From a bacterium (GTDB lineage Bacteria; Elusimicrobiota; Elusimicrobia; UBA1565; UBA9628), in the NCBI GenBank assembly GCA_021799485.1, contig JAJZAK010000009.1, positions 2,850 to 66,849 of the forward strand: a stretch of DNA of 64,000 bases. Reading direction: 5' to 3'. Shown in pieces: positions 12,205 to 22,898 of the stretch; the first letter of the stretch is position 1, and the number at the start of each line of letters is the position of its first letter. Below the pieces are notes generated by a model. It saw only the letters and a list, made by a program, of their open reading frames with translations. It did no database searches and had not been told where the DNA came from. A program made the translations under genes and the position numbers.

Positions 12205-13121
12205 AGAGGCTGCTGCGCCGTCGCGGTGGATTTCTTAGGAAAGAGCTTGAGCGCGGCCAAGCAGTATTCCGCCAGGAGAAAATCGTTCTGGCTCGCCTGG
12301 CTGATGAGGGAGACCATGGTGTCATAGTCCTGGGCCGAGCCGTAATTGCCGAGCGCCCGGGCCGCCATCGCCTGGACAACCCAGCTGCCGTTGTTTTGCA
12401 GGCTGTCGCGCAGGGCGGCGAGGCCGCGCTGGCTTCCAAGCCGCGCCATCATCGTCGCGGCGTAAATCTTGAGGATCGGGATATTCTCCTGGCGCATGTA
12501 GGAGTTGAGCATGTGGATCGCCGTCGCCGGGTGTCCCCACACGGCCAAGGCCTCCATGGCGCCAAAGCGCACGGAATGGTCGAAGAATTGAAGGGCCTGA
12601 TCGAACACGGGCTTGTCGTTGAGGTCTTGGCGCTGAGCGAGCAGGATCATCGCCGCCGAGCGCGTCTGGGAATTCTGATCATAATAGGCCGCGGTCTTGA
12701 GCTTCTTCTGGATCATCGGATCGGAGGTGTCGAAGGAGAAAGCCCTGGCCAGCGGGATCCCCAGGTGGAAGTAATAGTTTCTCAGGGCGAAGCCCTGGGG
12801 CGAGCCGACCGTGGCGAGGTCGCCTTCCGGCGTTCCGGCGGCGCCGCTCAGGCTGACCTGAAACGTGTCCTGGTTGTCGAAGAGCTGGAGAAGGGTTTGG
12901 AGGATTTGGGGGTCGACCGGCGTCTGGGCGGCGCCGGCCCCGGGGGCGCTCGCGCCGGGAGCTTGAGCGCCCGCGACCGTCGACGTCGATGCGGCCGCGG
13001 CCCCTACGGCGGAAGCCGATCCGGCGTTCGGGCCGCCCGCGGGCGGAAGCCCCACGCAAGCGCCGAGGCCTATGAGGATGGGGAACGCGAGGGCTTGGGC
13101 GGCTGCCTGGGGCTTGGGCAC
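12201..13121 (-). CDS. HEAT-repeat lipoprotein (lipobox LIGLGAC)
   Basis: Lipoprotein signal MPKPQAAAQALAFPILIGLGAC; repeats (RSAAMILLAQRQD, VRFGAMEALAVWGHP, KIYAATMMARLGS, VVQAMAARALGNYG); 4-nt ATGA overlap with downstream HEAT gene. Confidence 0.6.
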   Translation of the reverse strand: MPKPQAAAQALAFPILIGLGACVGLPPAGGPNAGSASAVGAAAASTSTVAGAQAPGASAPGAGAAQTPVDPQILQTLLQLFDNQDTFQVSLSGAAGTPEGDLATVGSPQGFALRNYYFHLGIPLARAFSFDTSDPMIQKKLKTAAYYDQNSQTRSAAMILLAQRQDLNDKPVFDQALQFFDHSVRFGAMEALAVWGHPATAIHMLNSYMRQENIPILKIYAATMMARLGSQRGLAALRDSLQNNGSWVVQAMAARALGNYGSAQDYDTMVSLISQASQNDFLLAEYCLAALKLFPKKSTATAQQPL

Positions 13122-13200
13122 CCTTCGATTGTAGTTAAACTGTTCGGATCAGACAAGTCAGGGGGCCGCGGAATTCTTTGTTGGCACTCGCCCAGGCCAG

Positions 13201-13232
13201 TTGACAGTTTTGGACGGAGTGTGATAAAATGA
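13201..13232 (+). promoter_or_regulatory. Sigma70-like promoter for groESL (TTGACA-N18-TGaTAAAAT extended -10)
   Basis: TTGACA at 13201-13206, TGATAAAAT at 13222-13230, ~88 nt upstream of groES ATG; no canonical CIRCE found. Confidence 0.35.
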
Positions 13233-13318
13233 GCGCTGTCGAGGCTGGAGTGCCAGAAATGAACGAGCGCGGCCAGCCTTCGAGAAGACGGAAATCGAAC
13301 GCTGGAGGAGGAGATAGA

Positions 13319-13630
13319 ATGGCTGAAGCGACTCTCACCAAGGTCAAGATACAGCCCCTGGGCGACCGGGTGCTGGTGAGGCCGATCGAGCAGAAGGAAG
13401 TCAAGCGCGGCGGGATCATCATTCCCGACACCGCCAAGGAGAAGCCCCAAGAGGGCGAGGTTGTGGCCGTGGGCCGAGGCAAGACCACCGACGAGGGCAA
13501 GACTCTCGCCATGGACGTCAAGCCCGGGGACAGGATCCTCTACGGGAAATATTCCGGCAACGAGATCAAGATCGACGACGTCGAGTACCTGATCATGCAT
13601 CAGGACGACATCCTTGGGATTTTGAAGTAA
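13319..13630 (+). CDS. groES: Co-chaperonin GroES
   Basis: MAEATLTKVKIQPLGDRVLVRPIEQKEVKRGGIIIPDTAKEKPQEGEVVAVG; strong SD GGAGGAGGAGA; ORF 13229 trimmed. Confidence 0.96.
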   Translation: MAEATLTKVKIQPLGDRVLVRPIEQKEVKRGGIIIPDTAKEKPQEGEVVAVGRGKTTDEGKTLAMDVKPGDRILYGKYSGNEIKIDDVEYLIMHQDDILGILK

Positions 13631-13641
13631 TCCCATTCTAA

Positions 13642-15291
<1,650 letters not shown>

Positions 15292-15332
15292 TCGCGCAGG
15301 CTTAGCGGCGGCTTGGCCGCCGACGACGGAAA

Positions 15333-15369
15333 GGGCCCCCGTCCGGAAGGGCGGGGGCCCTCGTTTTTA
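15333..15369 (+). terminator. Rho-independent terminator of groESL
   Basis: GGGCCCCCG-loop-CGGGGGCCC stem followed by TCGTTTTTAT. Confidence 0.75.
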
Positions 15370-15448
15370 TGCGGCATCCCGGCTTCCCTGGCCCATTTCC
15401 TCCACGACGAACATATCCCCCTCGTTGTATCGCTCAATCCCGGATAAT

Positions 15449-15516
15449 TGGTGACACCATACCTATTTCCAGCCCCCAAAACGGAGAAATCGGTATGGTG
15501 TCACTGGTTTTTTCCC
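15449..15516 (+). other. Second hairpin (13-14 bp stem, 28-nt C-rich loop) followed by T6 run; candidate small RNA 3' end or attenuator
   Basis: gtgacaccatacc ... ggtatggtgtcac then tggttttttccc; GATAAT -10-like hexamer at 15443-15448 just upstream. Confidence 0.3.
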
Positions 15517-15788
15517 GCAGGAAAGCCGCTTTTAATCGGGTTTTCTTGTTCGCATCGTTGTTCGCCCGGCGAACAGCTTTCCGGCCGATAAGCTTCTCTG
15601 TTCCGTCCATGGACTCCCGACGGAGCCTCGAACGCCGGCGCGGCGCTCACGCGCCGGCCTGACGACGAGAACGGCGCCTTCAACGGGTTTTGTTCCCCGT
15701 TGATACGCATGGTCCGTTGGGGGCGCAAGCCTCGAAAGGCCCTTCCAAGAATTGGCGGTTGAAGCGGAACATTTGTAATATCCATCGA

Positions 15789-17132
15789 ATGCGAGACAGA
15801 TTCCTCGCGCTCGGCGCCGCCGCGATCCTCGCGCCTCCACTCGCTTTCGCGGCGGCGGCGCCGTCCTCCCAGCTTCCCGCGGCCGCGAAGGCTCCGCCGC
15901 CCGCGTCGGCGCGGCTCTTGAGCTTGTCGGACTGCCTCCGGCTCGCGCTCCGGTTCTCGCCGCAAAGAATCATCGGCATCCTCCAGGCCGAAAAGGCCCA
16001 GAAGGCCCTGAAGGAATGGACGGCCAAGCGCTTGCCGCATCTCTGGGCGTACGCCGCGAACCAGCAGTCCAACGACGCGTCCATTCAGAACATGGCCTCC
16101 AACTACGATTTCATTCACTTGCAACAAGACATCAACCCCTTCGACGCGCTCTGGAAGACCGGAACCCAGCGCCGCCAGGAGCTCGATGCCGCCGTGGCGG
16201 GCCGGATCGCCAGCAAGCTCGACGTCGAGCTCCTGGTCAAGACGCTCTATTTCTCGGTTCTCCAGAGTTCGGATTCGATCGCGATGATGAACCGCGTGGA
16301 AAAGCAGCTCTATCGTCTCCAACTCAGCGTCCTTCCGCGATATACGGTCGGACGGGCGCCGCCGTTCGACCTTCTCAACGTCAGGACGCAACTTTCGGAT
16401 CTCAAGCTTAATCGCGACCTCACGCGAGCCGGCATGAGCGGGGGCCGGGAGCTTCTTGCCTTGATCGTCGGAAAGGCGGGAGGGGATGAGATCATCCTTG
16501 GGCCCATCAAGTCGCTTCCCGCCGTCCCTCCGGACGAGGACGTGCTTCGGAATCCGAGCCTCGAGTCCCTGCGGGCCCAGGTGCGGGCCGCGAAGTGGGC
16601 GCTGCGCGCCCAGCGCGCGGAGTGGCTTCCTCAGATGAGCGTCGGCCTCGACTACGGCTACGGCGGCATCGAGCCCTGGCGCTACAAGAATTTCATGCAG
16701 ACATTCGCTCCTTCCTGGGGGCGCGGGGGCCAGGTGGATCTCAACATCAACCAGCAGCTTTTTAACTGGGGCGAGATCAACGCGCGGATCGCCCAGAGGC
16801 AGAAGGACTTGGACATCGCCCAAATGAACTATAAGAGCCGGTATCAATCCCTGCGCCAGGCTTACGTCTCCGCCCGGATACGCGCCGCCGCGCATCGAAG
16901 CGACGACGAGCGGCGGCGCCATCTCTTCGCGGTCGCCAGGCTCGCGGCCGACACCTCGATCGACCGGTATCAAAGGGAGGCGACCACGATCCTGGAGGCG
17001 GCGGGAGCGGTCTCCTTTTGGATGCAGACCCTCATCACCGAGAGGACCGATTATTATTCCTACCTGACGGACGTGGCCACGATCGAGAGACTGATCGGAC
17101 AGGACGTGGTCGATTACGGGACCGCGCGGTGA
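15789..17132 (+). CDS. Outer membrane efflux protein (TolC family)
   Basis: Signal peptide MRDRFLALGAAAILAPPLAFAAA; two-repeat OMF architecture with coiled-coil-forming segments; first gene of TolC-MFP-RND operon. Confidence 0.78.
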   Translation: MRDRFLALGAAAILAPPLAFAAAAPSSQLPAAAKAPPPASARLLSLSDCLRLALRFSPQRIIGILQAEKAQKALKEWTAKRLPHLWAYAANQQSNDASIQNMASNYDFIHLQQDINPFDALWKTGTQRRQELDAAVAGRIASKLDVELLVKTLYFSVLQSSDSIAMMNRVEKQLYRLQLSVLPRYTVGRAPPFDLLNVRTQLSDLKLNRDLTRAGMSGGRELLALIVGKAGGDEIILGPIKSLPAVPPDEDVLRNPSLESLRAQVRAAKWALRAQRAEWLPQMSVGLDYGYGGIEPWRYKNFMQTFAPSWGRGGQVDLNINQQLFNWGEINARIAQRQKDLDIAQMNYKSRYQSLRQAYVSARIRAAAHRSDDERRRHLFAVARLAADTSIDRYQREATTILEAAGAVSFWMQTLITERTDYYSYLTDVATIERLIGQDVVDYGTAR

Positions 17133-17785
17133 TGAATAAAGCCGGATCTCCGCTCCTTCTTCTGGCGCTCGCGGCGTCCTTCGGATGCGCCGGCTCGGGC
17201 GAGGACACGGGGAAGGCTCCGGAGCTCTCGGACCCTCCCGTGTTGGCCGAGGCCAAGTACGCCAGGATGGACGAAACGGCTCCCGCCTACGGCGTGGCCG
17301 ACGTTGATGAGGCGGGAAATATCGAGATCTCGGTGAACGTCGGCAAAGTGGACGCGAGGGGTGTCCAGATCGGCCAGCGCGCCGTGGCGTGGCAGCTTCC
17401 CGGCGGCAAGCCCGTTCCCTGCGTCGTTCGACAGATTCTCCGCGACGTCAACAAGGCGACCGGGCAGTCGATCGTGCGGCTCAAGCCCGAGACCATCGAC
17501 GGCTTCGTGGCGTGGAGCTTCATCTACGCGGAGATCACGGTCAAATCCCGCCGCGTCCTGGCGGTTCCGAGCGGCGCCGTGCTTGTTCTTAACGGTTCCT
17601 CGGTGGTGGTGCGCGCCACCGGCAAGGACGGCGATCGACAATATAAGGCGGCGCCGGTCGTGGTCAGCGAATATTCTTGGGATCAGGCCGCGATTAAGAA
17701 GGGGCTCAAGCCCGGCGATCAGGTCGTCATCCGGGGAGCCTTGGGCTTTCTTTATCCCGGCTTTGCCGGCGCGGGGAGCGACTGA
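17132..17785 (+). CDS. Short periplasmic adaptor (membrane-fusion-protein-like) lipoprotein, 217 aa
   Basis: Lipobox LAASFGC; C-terminal beta-barrel/MP-proximal like segment (VVIRGALGFLYPGF); ATGA overlap with TolC stop and TGATG overlap with RND start. Confidence 0.55.
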   Translation: MNKAGSPLLLLALAASFGCAGSGEDTGKAPELSDPPVLAEAKYARMDETAPAYGVADVDEAGNIEISVNVGKVDARGVQIGQRAVAWQLPGGKPVPCVVRQILRDVNKATGQSIVRLKPETIDGFVAWSFIYAEITVKSRRVLAVPSGAVLVLNGSSVVVRATGKDGDRQYKAAPVVVSEYSWDQAAIKKGLKPGDQVVIRGALGFLYPGFAGAGSD

Positions 17786-20700
17786 TGTTTGAGAAGTATT
17801 TGAGGGCCTTGCTGCGCCAGCCGGTCGTCGTCGCCGTGACGCTCGCCTGCGTTGTCGCGGCCTGCCTCGCCGCGTCCAAAGCCTTTCAGGTCGACCTGTT
17901 TCCAACGCTTGAATTTCCGGTCTTGAGCGTCGTCGCCCAGGCCCCCGCCTTTCCTTCCCTGGAGATGGAGCGCCAAGTGGCTCTCCCCATTGAAAACGCT
18001 CTCAGCGGCGTCCTGGGGGTTTATCGGGTGCGCGCGGTCATCGCCACGGGCATCGCCAACATCTCGGCCTACTTCCAATGGGGCGCCGACATGCTGTCGG
18101 CAAGGCAGCTCCTGACGCAGGCTCTCTACCGGACGACCGGCCAGATTCCAAGGGACGTCGACGTTTCCGTCGAGAGTCTCTCGGCGACCTTGGGCCTCAT
18201 CGAAAGCTACGCGCTGCGGGGAGGAACGGATCCCGTGGCCCTGCGTGATTTGGCCGAATACGACCTCAAACCCCGTCTCCAGGGCGTGCTCGGGGTCTAT
18301 CGGGTCGTCGTATCGGGAGGGCAAGTCAGGGAATTCGCGGTCTATCCCAACCCCGTGCTCATGATCGAAAACGGCGTGTTCCTCGACGACATCAAGACCG
18401 CCTTGGCTGAAAACAACATCCTCGCCTCGCCCGGAATCGTCAACTCCGGCCCCCAGGAGTTCACCATCACCTCCAACGGGCAGTTCACGGACGCCGCGGA
18501 GCTGGAAAATCTCGTGGTCGCGGTCAAGCAGGGCTATCCCATCCGCGTCAAGGACATCGGGAAGGTCGCCGAAGCCTACCAAATTCCCAGGGACGATTCT
18601 TCGGAGAAAGGGAAGCCCGCCGTTCTCATCAACATTTATAAGCAGCCTCGCTACGACACCCTGTCGGTCGCCGCGGGCGTGAATAAGACCATCCGCGATT
18701 TCGTCAAGAGCCTGCCGCCGGGATACACCGTCCATAACTATTACGACCAGGCGCAGCTCGTCGGCGCTTCGATCGGGAGCGTCAAGGAGGCCGTTTACGT
18801 GGGCGGAATCCTGGTGGTCATCGTTCTGGCGCTTTTCCTGCGCGACTGGAAGACGACCCTGGCCGCGATCACGAGCATCCCGATTTCGATCATCGCGGCG
18901 TTGGGGCTCATGCGCCTCTTCAAGGTGGGGCTCAATATCATGTCGTTAGGGGGCCTCGCCGTCGGCACCGGCATCATCGTGGACGACGCCGTGGTCGTCC
19001 TCGAAAATATCTTCCGCTGGCTCTCGGCCCGGGAGGAGGGGTCGGGACTTTCCTCCCGGGACGCGATCGTCGGCGCCGCCCGCGAGGTGGTCCGGCCCGT
19101 CGTCGTTTCGACCTTGACCAATATCGGCATCTTTCTTCCCATGGTCTTCATCGCCGGCTTCGCGGGGCGGCTTTTCGCCCCGATCGGATTGACCGTCACT
19201 TTCGCGCTGTTGGCGTCGCTTGTGGTGGCTCTGAGCGTCATCCCTTTGCTGGCCGACCAATGGCTCACGCAAACTCATTTAAAAGAAAATGATGCGTGGG
19301 TCAACCGTGTCTATCAGAAGCCCTTGGGCTTCGCTTTGCGGCGGCCCTACGCCGTCATCGGCGGGGCCGTGGCCTGCGTCGTCCTGACGGTCTTCGCCTT
19401 CAGGCATCTGGATCTTGAATTCCTTCCCTCGCTCGACGAAGGCGCCGTTCTCCTCAACACCGCCATGCCGCCGGGCACCTCCCTGGCGGAGACGAAGCGC
19501 GTGGGCGTCCTTTTCGAGAAGTGGCTGGCGCAAATGCCGGGGGTCGTCACGGTCGCGAGGCACACCGGACACGCCGCGGGGACTCTTGATGTCGACGGAG
19601 TCAATCACAGCGATGTGACGGTCAAGCTTCTGCCCAAGAGCCAGCGGCCCATGCCGATCGAGTCCTTCCTCTCGCTCTTGCGGCGGAAGAGCCGCGATCT
19701 CACCGACGTCCAAGTCGAGTATCTGATGCCTTTGGAGGACAAGATCAATGACGCGATGGGCTCCACCCCCTTTGACATCGGGGTCGCGTTCTTCGGCGCC
19801 GATCTGGATGAGCTGCACCGCTTCTCGGCGGGCCTGCTGGCTCGGATGCACCATATCAAGGGACTCATCGACGTCCATCCGCCCGACGACAAGCCCCTCC
19901 CGGCCGTGACCGTGCATATCGACAAGGCGGCTGCCGGAAGGCTGGGGATTCCGGTCCGTTCCGTCTTCGACGCCCTCCGCGCCGCGTCGCAGGGGCTGAC
20001 GGCCACGGCGGTGCGGCTTGTTTTTAAGTCCGTCGGCGTCGTGCTTCATCTCGTTTCGCCCAACGGACAATTCAACGCCAGCGCCATGGGCGACCTGCCC
20101 TTGCGCTCGGTGGTCGGGGACGCCGTCCCGCTCGAGCAGGTCGCGGAGATCGGCTATGGCGAGGTTCCCAGCAAGATCTACCACGAGCACCTGCAGCGCG
20201 AGGTGATGGTTTCGGCCAACATTGAAAATCGGAACGTGAGGGACGTCGCCTCGGACCTCGCCAAGGCGGTGGCCGAGATGAAGCTTCCGGCCGGTTATAC
20301 GTGGACTTTTACCGGCAAATACAAGTCCGAGACGGACATGCTGGGAAACATGGGCGTCGTGCTTCTTTTGGCCGTGATCATCGTGGCCGTGATCCTGTGG
20401 TTTGAGTTCCGTTCCGTCATCCAGACCCTCTTGATCCTCTCGGCCGTCCCTCTGGCGGGAGTCGGAGCCTTCGCGAGCCTTTGGATCGGCGGGCAATCGA
20501 TCAACGTCTCCTCGATGATCGGCGCGATGATGCTGATCGGCATCGTCGTGCGCAACGGCATTCTGATGCTCGATTACATGAACGCCGGTTTGGCCGCGGG
20601 CCTGGACGTCAAGGAGGCGGCGGCCCAGGCGGCGCGTAAGCGCGTGCGCCCGATCCTGATGACGGCCAGCATGACGATCCTGGGGCTGGTGCCGATCGCC

Positions 20701-20853
20701 GCCGGGTGGGGCACGGGCTCCGAGCTTCTCCGGCCCCTCGCGATCGCCGTCATCGGCGGCATGCTCCTATCGACCTTGCTGACTTTGGTGGTCCTGCCCG
20801 CCTCCGCCGTCGCTTGCGCACGCTGGATCAGACCTGCCAAGTCGGCGGAATAG
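17785..20853 (+). CDS. RND superfamily efflux transporter (AcrB/CzcA/CusA family; possibly heavy-metal-efflux subgroup)
   Basis: 1022 aa, 12-TM architecture with two large periplasmic loops, conserved TM4 region ...GIIVDDAVVVLENI... Confidence 0.9.
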   Translation: MFEKYLRALLRQPVVVAVTLACVVAACLAASKAFQVDLFPTLEFPVLSVVAQAPAFPSLEMERQVALPIENALSGVLGVYRVRAVIATGIANISAYFQWGADMLSARQLLTQALYRTTGQIPRDVDVSVESLSATLGLIESYALRGGTDPVALRDLAEYDLKPRLQGVLGVYRVVVSGGQVREFAVYPNPVLMIENGVFLDDIKTALAENNILASPGIVNSGPQEFTITSNGQFTDAAELENLVVAVKQGYPIRVKDIGKVAEAYQIPRDDSSEKGKPAVLINIYKQPRYDTLSVAAGVNKTIRDFVKSLPPGYTVHNYYDQAQLVGASIGSVKEAVYVGGILVVIVLALFLRDWKTTLAAITSIPISIIAALGLMRLFKVGLNIMSLGGLAVGTGIIVDDAVVVLENIFRWLSAREEGSGLSSRDAIVGAAREVVRPVVVSTLTNIGIFLPMVFIAGFAGRLFAPIGLTVTFALLASLVVALSVIPLLADQWLTQTHLKENDAWVNRVYQKPLGFALRRPYAVIGGAVACVVLTVFAFRHLDLEFLPSLDEGAVLLNTAMPPGTSLAETKRVGVLFEKWLAQMPGVVTVARHTGHAAGTLDVDGVNHSDVTVKLLPKSQRPMPIESFLSLLRRKSRDLTDVQVEYLMPLEDKINDAMGSTPFDIGVAFFGADLDELHRFSAGLLARMHHIKGLIDVHPPDDKPLPAVTVHIDKAAAGRLGIPVRSVFDALRAASQGLTATAVRLVFKSVGVVLHLVSPNGQFNASAMGDLPLRSVVGDAVPLEQVAEIGYGEVPSKIYHEHLQREVMVSANIENRNVRDVASDLAKAVAEMKLPAGYTWTFTGKYKSETDMLGNMGVVLLLAVIIVAVILWFEFRSVIQTLLILSAVPLAGVGAFASLWIGGQSINVSSMIGAMMLIGIVVRNGILMLDYMNAGLAAGLDVKEAAAQAARKRVRPILMTASMTILGLVPIAAGWGTGSELLRPLAIAVIGGMLLSTLLTLVVLPASAVACARWIRPAKSAE

Positions 20854-20994
20854 GCCTTATCTTCGCGTTTAGACGCGTTTAAAACCCTTATTTTTATGAT
20901 AAAATGAATTGACGATGTTTGAATGTTCCTTCCAAGGCTCAAAAACCAGTTTTATTCGCCTTTCTAGCCTTGATTCTCAACATAGGGGGAGAGC

Positions 20995-21258
20995 ATGATC
21001 GTTAAAGTCCGTGTGATTCCGAATGCCTTTGAAAACGAGGTCATCAGCCGCATCGGGAGCGTGCTCCGGGTACGGGTGGCGGCCTCAAGCGTCAATCAAA
21101 AGGCCAACGATGTCCTGAAAGGCTATCTGGCCGAGTTTTTCCAGGTTCCGGCGCGGAAGGTGATGATCCTCCGGGGCGCCAACGGCCGGGAAAAGACGAT
21201 CGAGATCACCGGCAAGACCGAAGAGCAGCTCAAGCGCGTGATGGAGTCCATCCCTTAA
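20995..21258 (+). CDS. DUF167 (YggU family) small protein
   Basis: 87 aa; pattern ...RVRVAASSVNQKANDVLKGYLAEFFQVPARKVMILRGANGREKTIEI typical of YggU/DUF167. Confidence 0.65.
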   Translation: MIVKVRVIPNAFENEVISRIGSVLRVRVAASSVNQKANDVLKGYLAEFFQVPARKVMILRGANGREKTIEITGKTEEQLKRVMESIP

Positions 21259-21280
21259 TCAAGCGAATAAATAGGGAATC

Positions 21281-21322
21281 AAAACCCGCGGTCGAGCTTG
21301 AAACGGACTGCGGGTTTTTTGT
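21281..21322 (+). terminator. Rho-independent terminator
   Basis: AAAACCCGC - 20-nt loop - GCGGGTTTTTTGTT. Confidence 0.6.
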
Positions 21323-21339
21323 TCCCTTTTATAAGGCAC

Positions 21340-22824
21340 ATGGGTAAACTCCCCGAAGCGGCCTCCTCTTTTAAGCCGAGCTCGCAGTTCAGCCTGATCC
21401 TTCGGGTGAGGATCGTCGACCGGCCGGGCATGCTGGGCAAGCTCACCTCCGTGATCGGCAAGGCGGGGGGGTCCCTGGGAACGATCGCGCTCGTCAGCAC
21501 GAGCGACCAAACCCTGGTTCGCGATATCGTGGTCAACGCCTCAAGCGAGGCGCAGGCGGGAAAAGTGCTCAAAGCCATCCGCCGCCTTTCCTTCGTGGAA
21601 GTCGTTTCCGTCCTAGATCAGACCTTCCTCCTGCATCGCGGCGGCAAGATCGAGGTCCAGCCGACGAGGCCCATTCATACCTGCGAGGAACTCTCGATGA
21701 TCTACACCCCGGGCGTCGGCCGGGTATCCACGGCGATTCACGAGCGTCCGGAGGCCGTCTGGGACTACACCATCAAAGGCAATACGGTCGCGATCGTGAC
21801 GGACGGTTCGGCCGTTCTCGGCCTGGGCAACCTGGGGCCGGAGGCCGCTCTTCCCGTCATGGAGGGGAAAGCCGTCCTTTTCAAGGCCTTCGCGGGGATC
21901 AACGCCTTTCCGATTTGCCTCAAAACACAGGATGTGGGCGAGATCGTCGCGACGGTCGAGCGGATCGCCCCGGCCTTCGGCGGGGTCAACCTCGAGGACA
22001 TCTCGGCGCCTCGCTGCTTCGAGATCGAGCGCGAACTGGGAAAACGGCTCGACATCCCCGTGATGCACGACGACCAGCACGGGACGGCCGTCGTGGTCTT
22101 GGCGGGGCTTCTGAACGCTCTGCGGCTCGTCGGCAAGCGCTTGGCGGGCGTTCGCATCATCGTCTCCGGCGCCGGCGCCGCGGCCGTCGGGGTGAGCAGC
22201 CTGCTCATCGAGGCGGGCGCCCGGGACATGATCGTGTGCGACCGGGAAGGAGCCATCTACGAGGGACGCGCGGAGAACATGAATCCCATGAAGGCCTGGC
22301 TCGCCGGGAAAACCAACGCCAGGCGCTTCAAGGGGCCTATCGGAGGCGCCTTAAGAGGCGCGGACGTTTTTCTGGGCCTCTCGATGCCGGGCGCCGTGGC
22401 TCCGGCGGAGCTCAAGCGCATGGGCCGCGACGCCATCATTTTCGCCATGGCGAACCCGACGCCGGAGGTCATGCCCGAGGAAGTTCCTTTCGCCCGCGTG
22501 GTGGCGACCGGCCGCTCCGATTATCCCAACCAGATCAACAACGCCCTCGCCTTCCCGGGAGTCTTCAAGGGCGCCATGGAGGCGCGGGTGAGGACGATCA
22601 CGGACGCGATGCTCATCGCCGCGGCGAAGGCCATCGCGGAGGCCGTGCCGCACGCCTCCCTGGGGCCCCGTTCGATTATCCCCTCGATTTTTGACGAGGC
22701 GGTTTGCCCCGCGGTCGCTCGCGCCGTGGCCGAGGCGGCGGGGCGGCGTTTGAGCCGCGTCAACGGCCATCGCGCGCCCGCCGTTGCGGCGGGCAGGGCC
22801 TTGTCGGGGGCTCGGCTTTCTTGA
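21340..22824 (+). CDS. NAD(P)-dependent malic enzyme with N-terminal ACT domain
   Basis: ACT-like segment (LILRVRIVDRPGMLGKLTSVIGKAGGSL...) followed by malic enzyme motifs (YTPGVG, VVLAGLLNAL, VSGAGAAAVG, ANPTPE). Confidence 0.85.
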   Translation: MGKLPEAASSFKPSSQFSLILRVRIVDRPGMLGKLTSVIGKAGGSLGTIALVSTSDQTLVRDIVVNASSEAQAGKVLKAIRRLSFVEVVSVLDQTFLLHRGGKIEVQPTRPIHTCEELSMIYTPGVGRVSTAIHERPEAVWDYTIKGNTVAIVTDGSAVLGLGNLGPEAALPVMEGKAVLFKAFAGINAFPICLKTQDVGEIVATVERIAPAFGGVNLEDISAPRCFEIERELGKRLDIPVMHDDQHGTAVVVLAGLLNALRLVGKRLAGVRIIVSGAGAAAVGVSSLLIEAGARDMIVCDREGAIYEGRAENMNPMKAWLAGKTNARRFKGPIGGALRGADVFLGLSMPGAVAPAELKRMGRDAIIFAMANPTPEVMPEEVPFARVVATGRSDYPNQINNALAFPGVFKGAMEARVRTITDAMLIAAAKAIAEAVPHASLGPRSIIPSIFDEAVCPAVARAVAEAAGRRLSRVNGHRAPAVAAGRALSGARLS

Positions 22825-22898
22825 CGGACGCTCTGGCCGAGATCGCCAATCTTCCGGCGGCGGCCTCCGGCGCCGCCCCGGAACGCGCGCTTCCCAAG

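Noticed and set aside
13170-13260. CIRCE (HrcA operator) upstream of groES
   Set aside because: Found TTGGCACTC and a distant GAGTGCCAG. They are separated by ~57 nt rather than the canonical 9-nt spacer, so this is not a CIRCE element.
17752-20496. 327-aa and 405-aa minus-strand ORFs inside the RND transporter gene
   Set aside because: Antisense to a 12-TM RND gene with clear motifs; low-complexity products.
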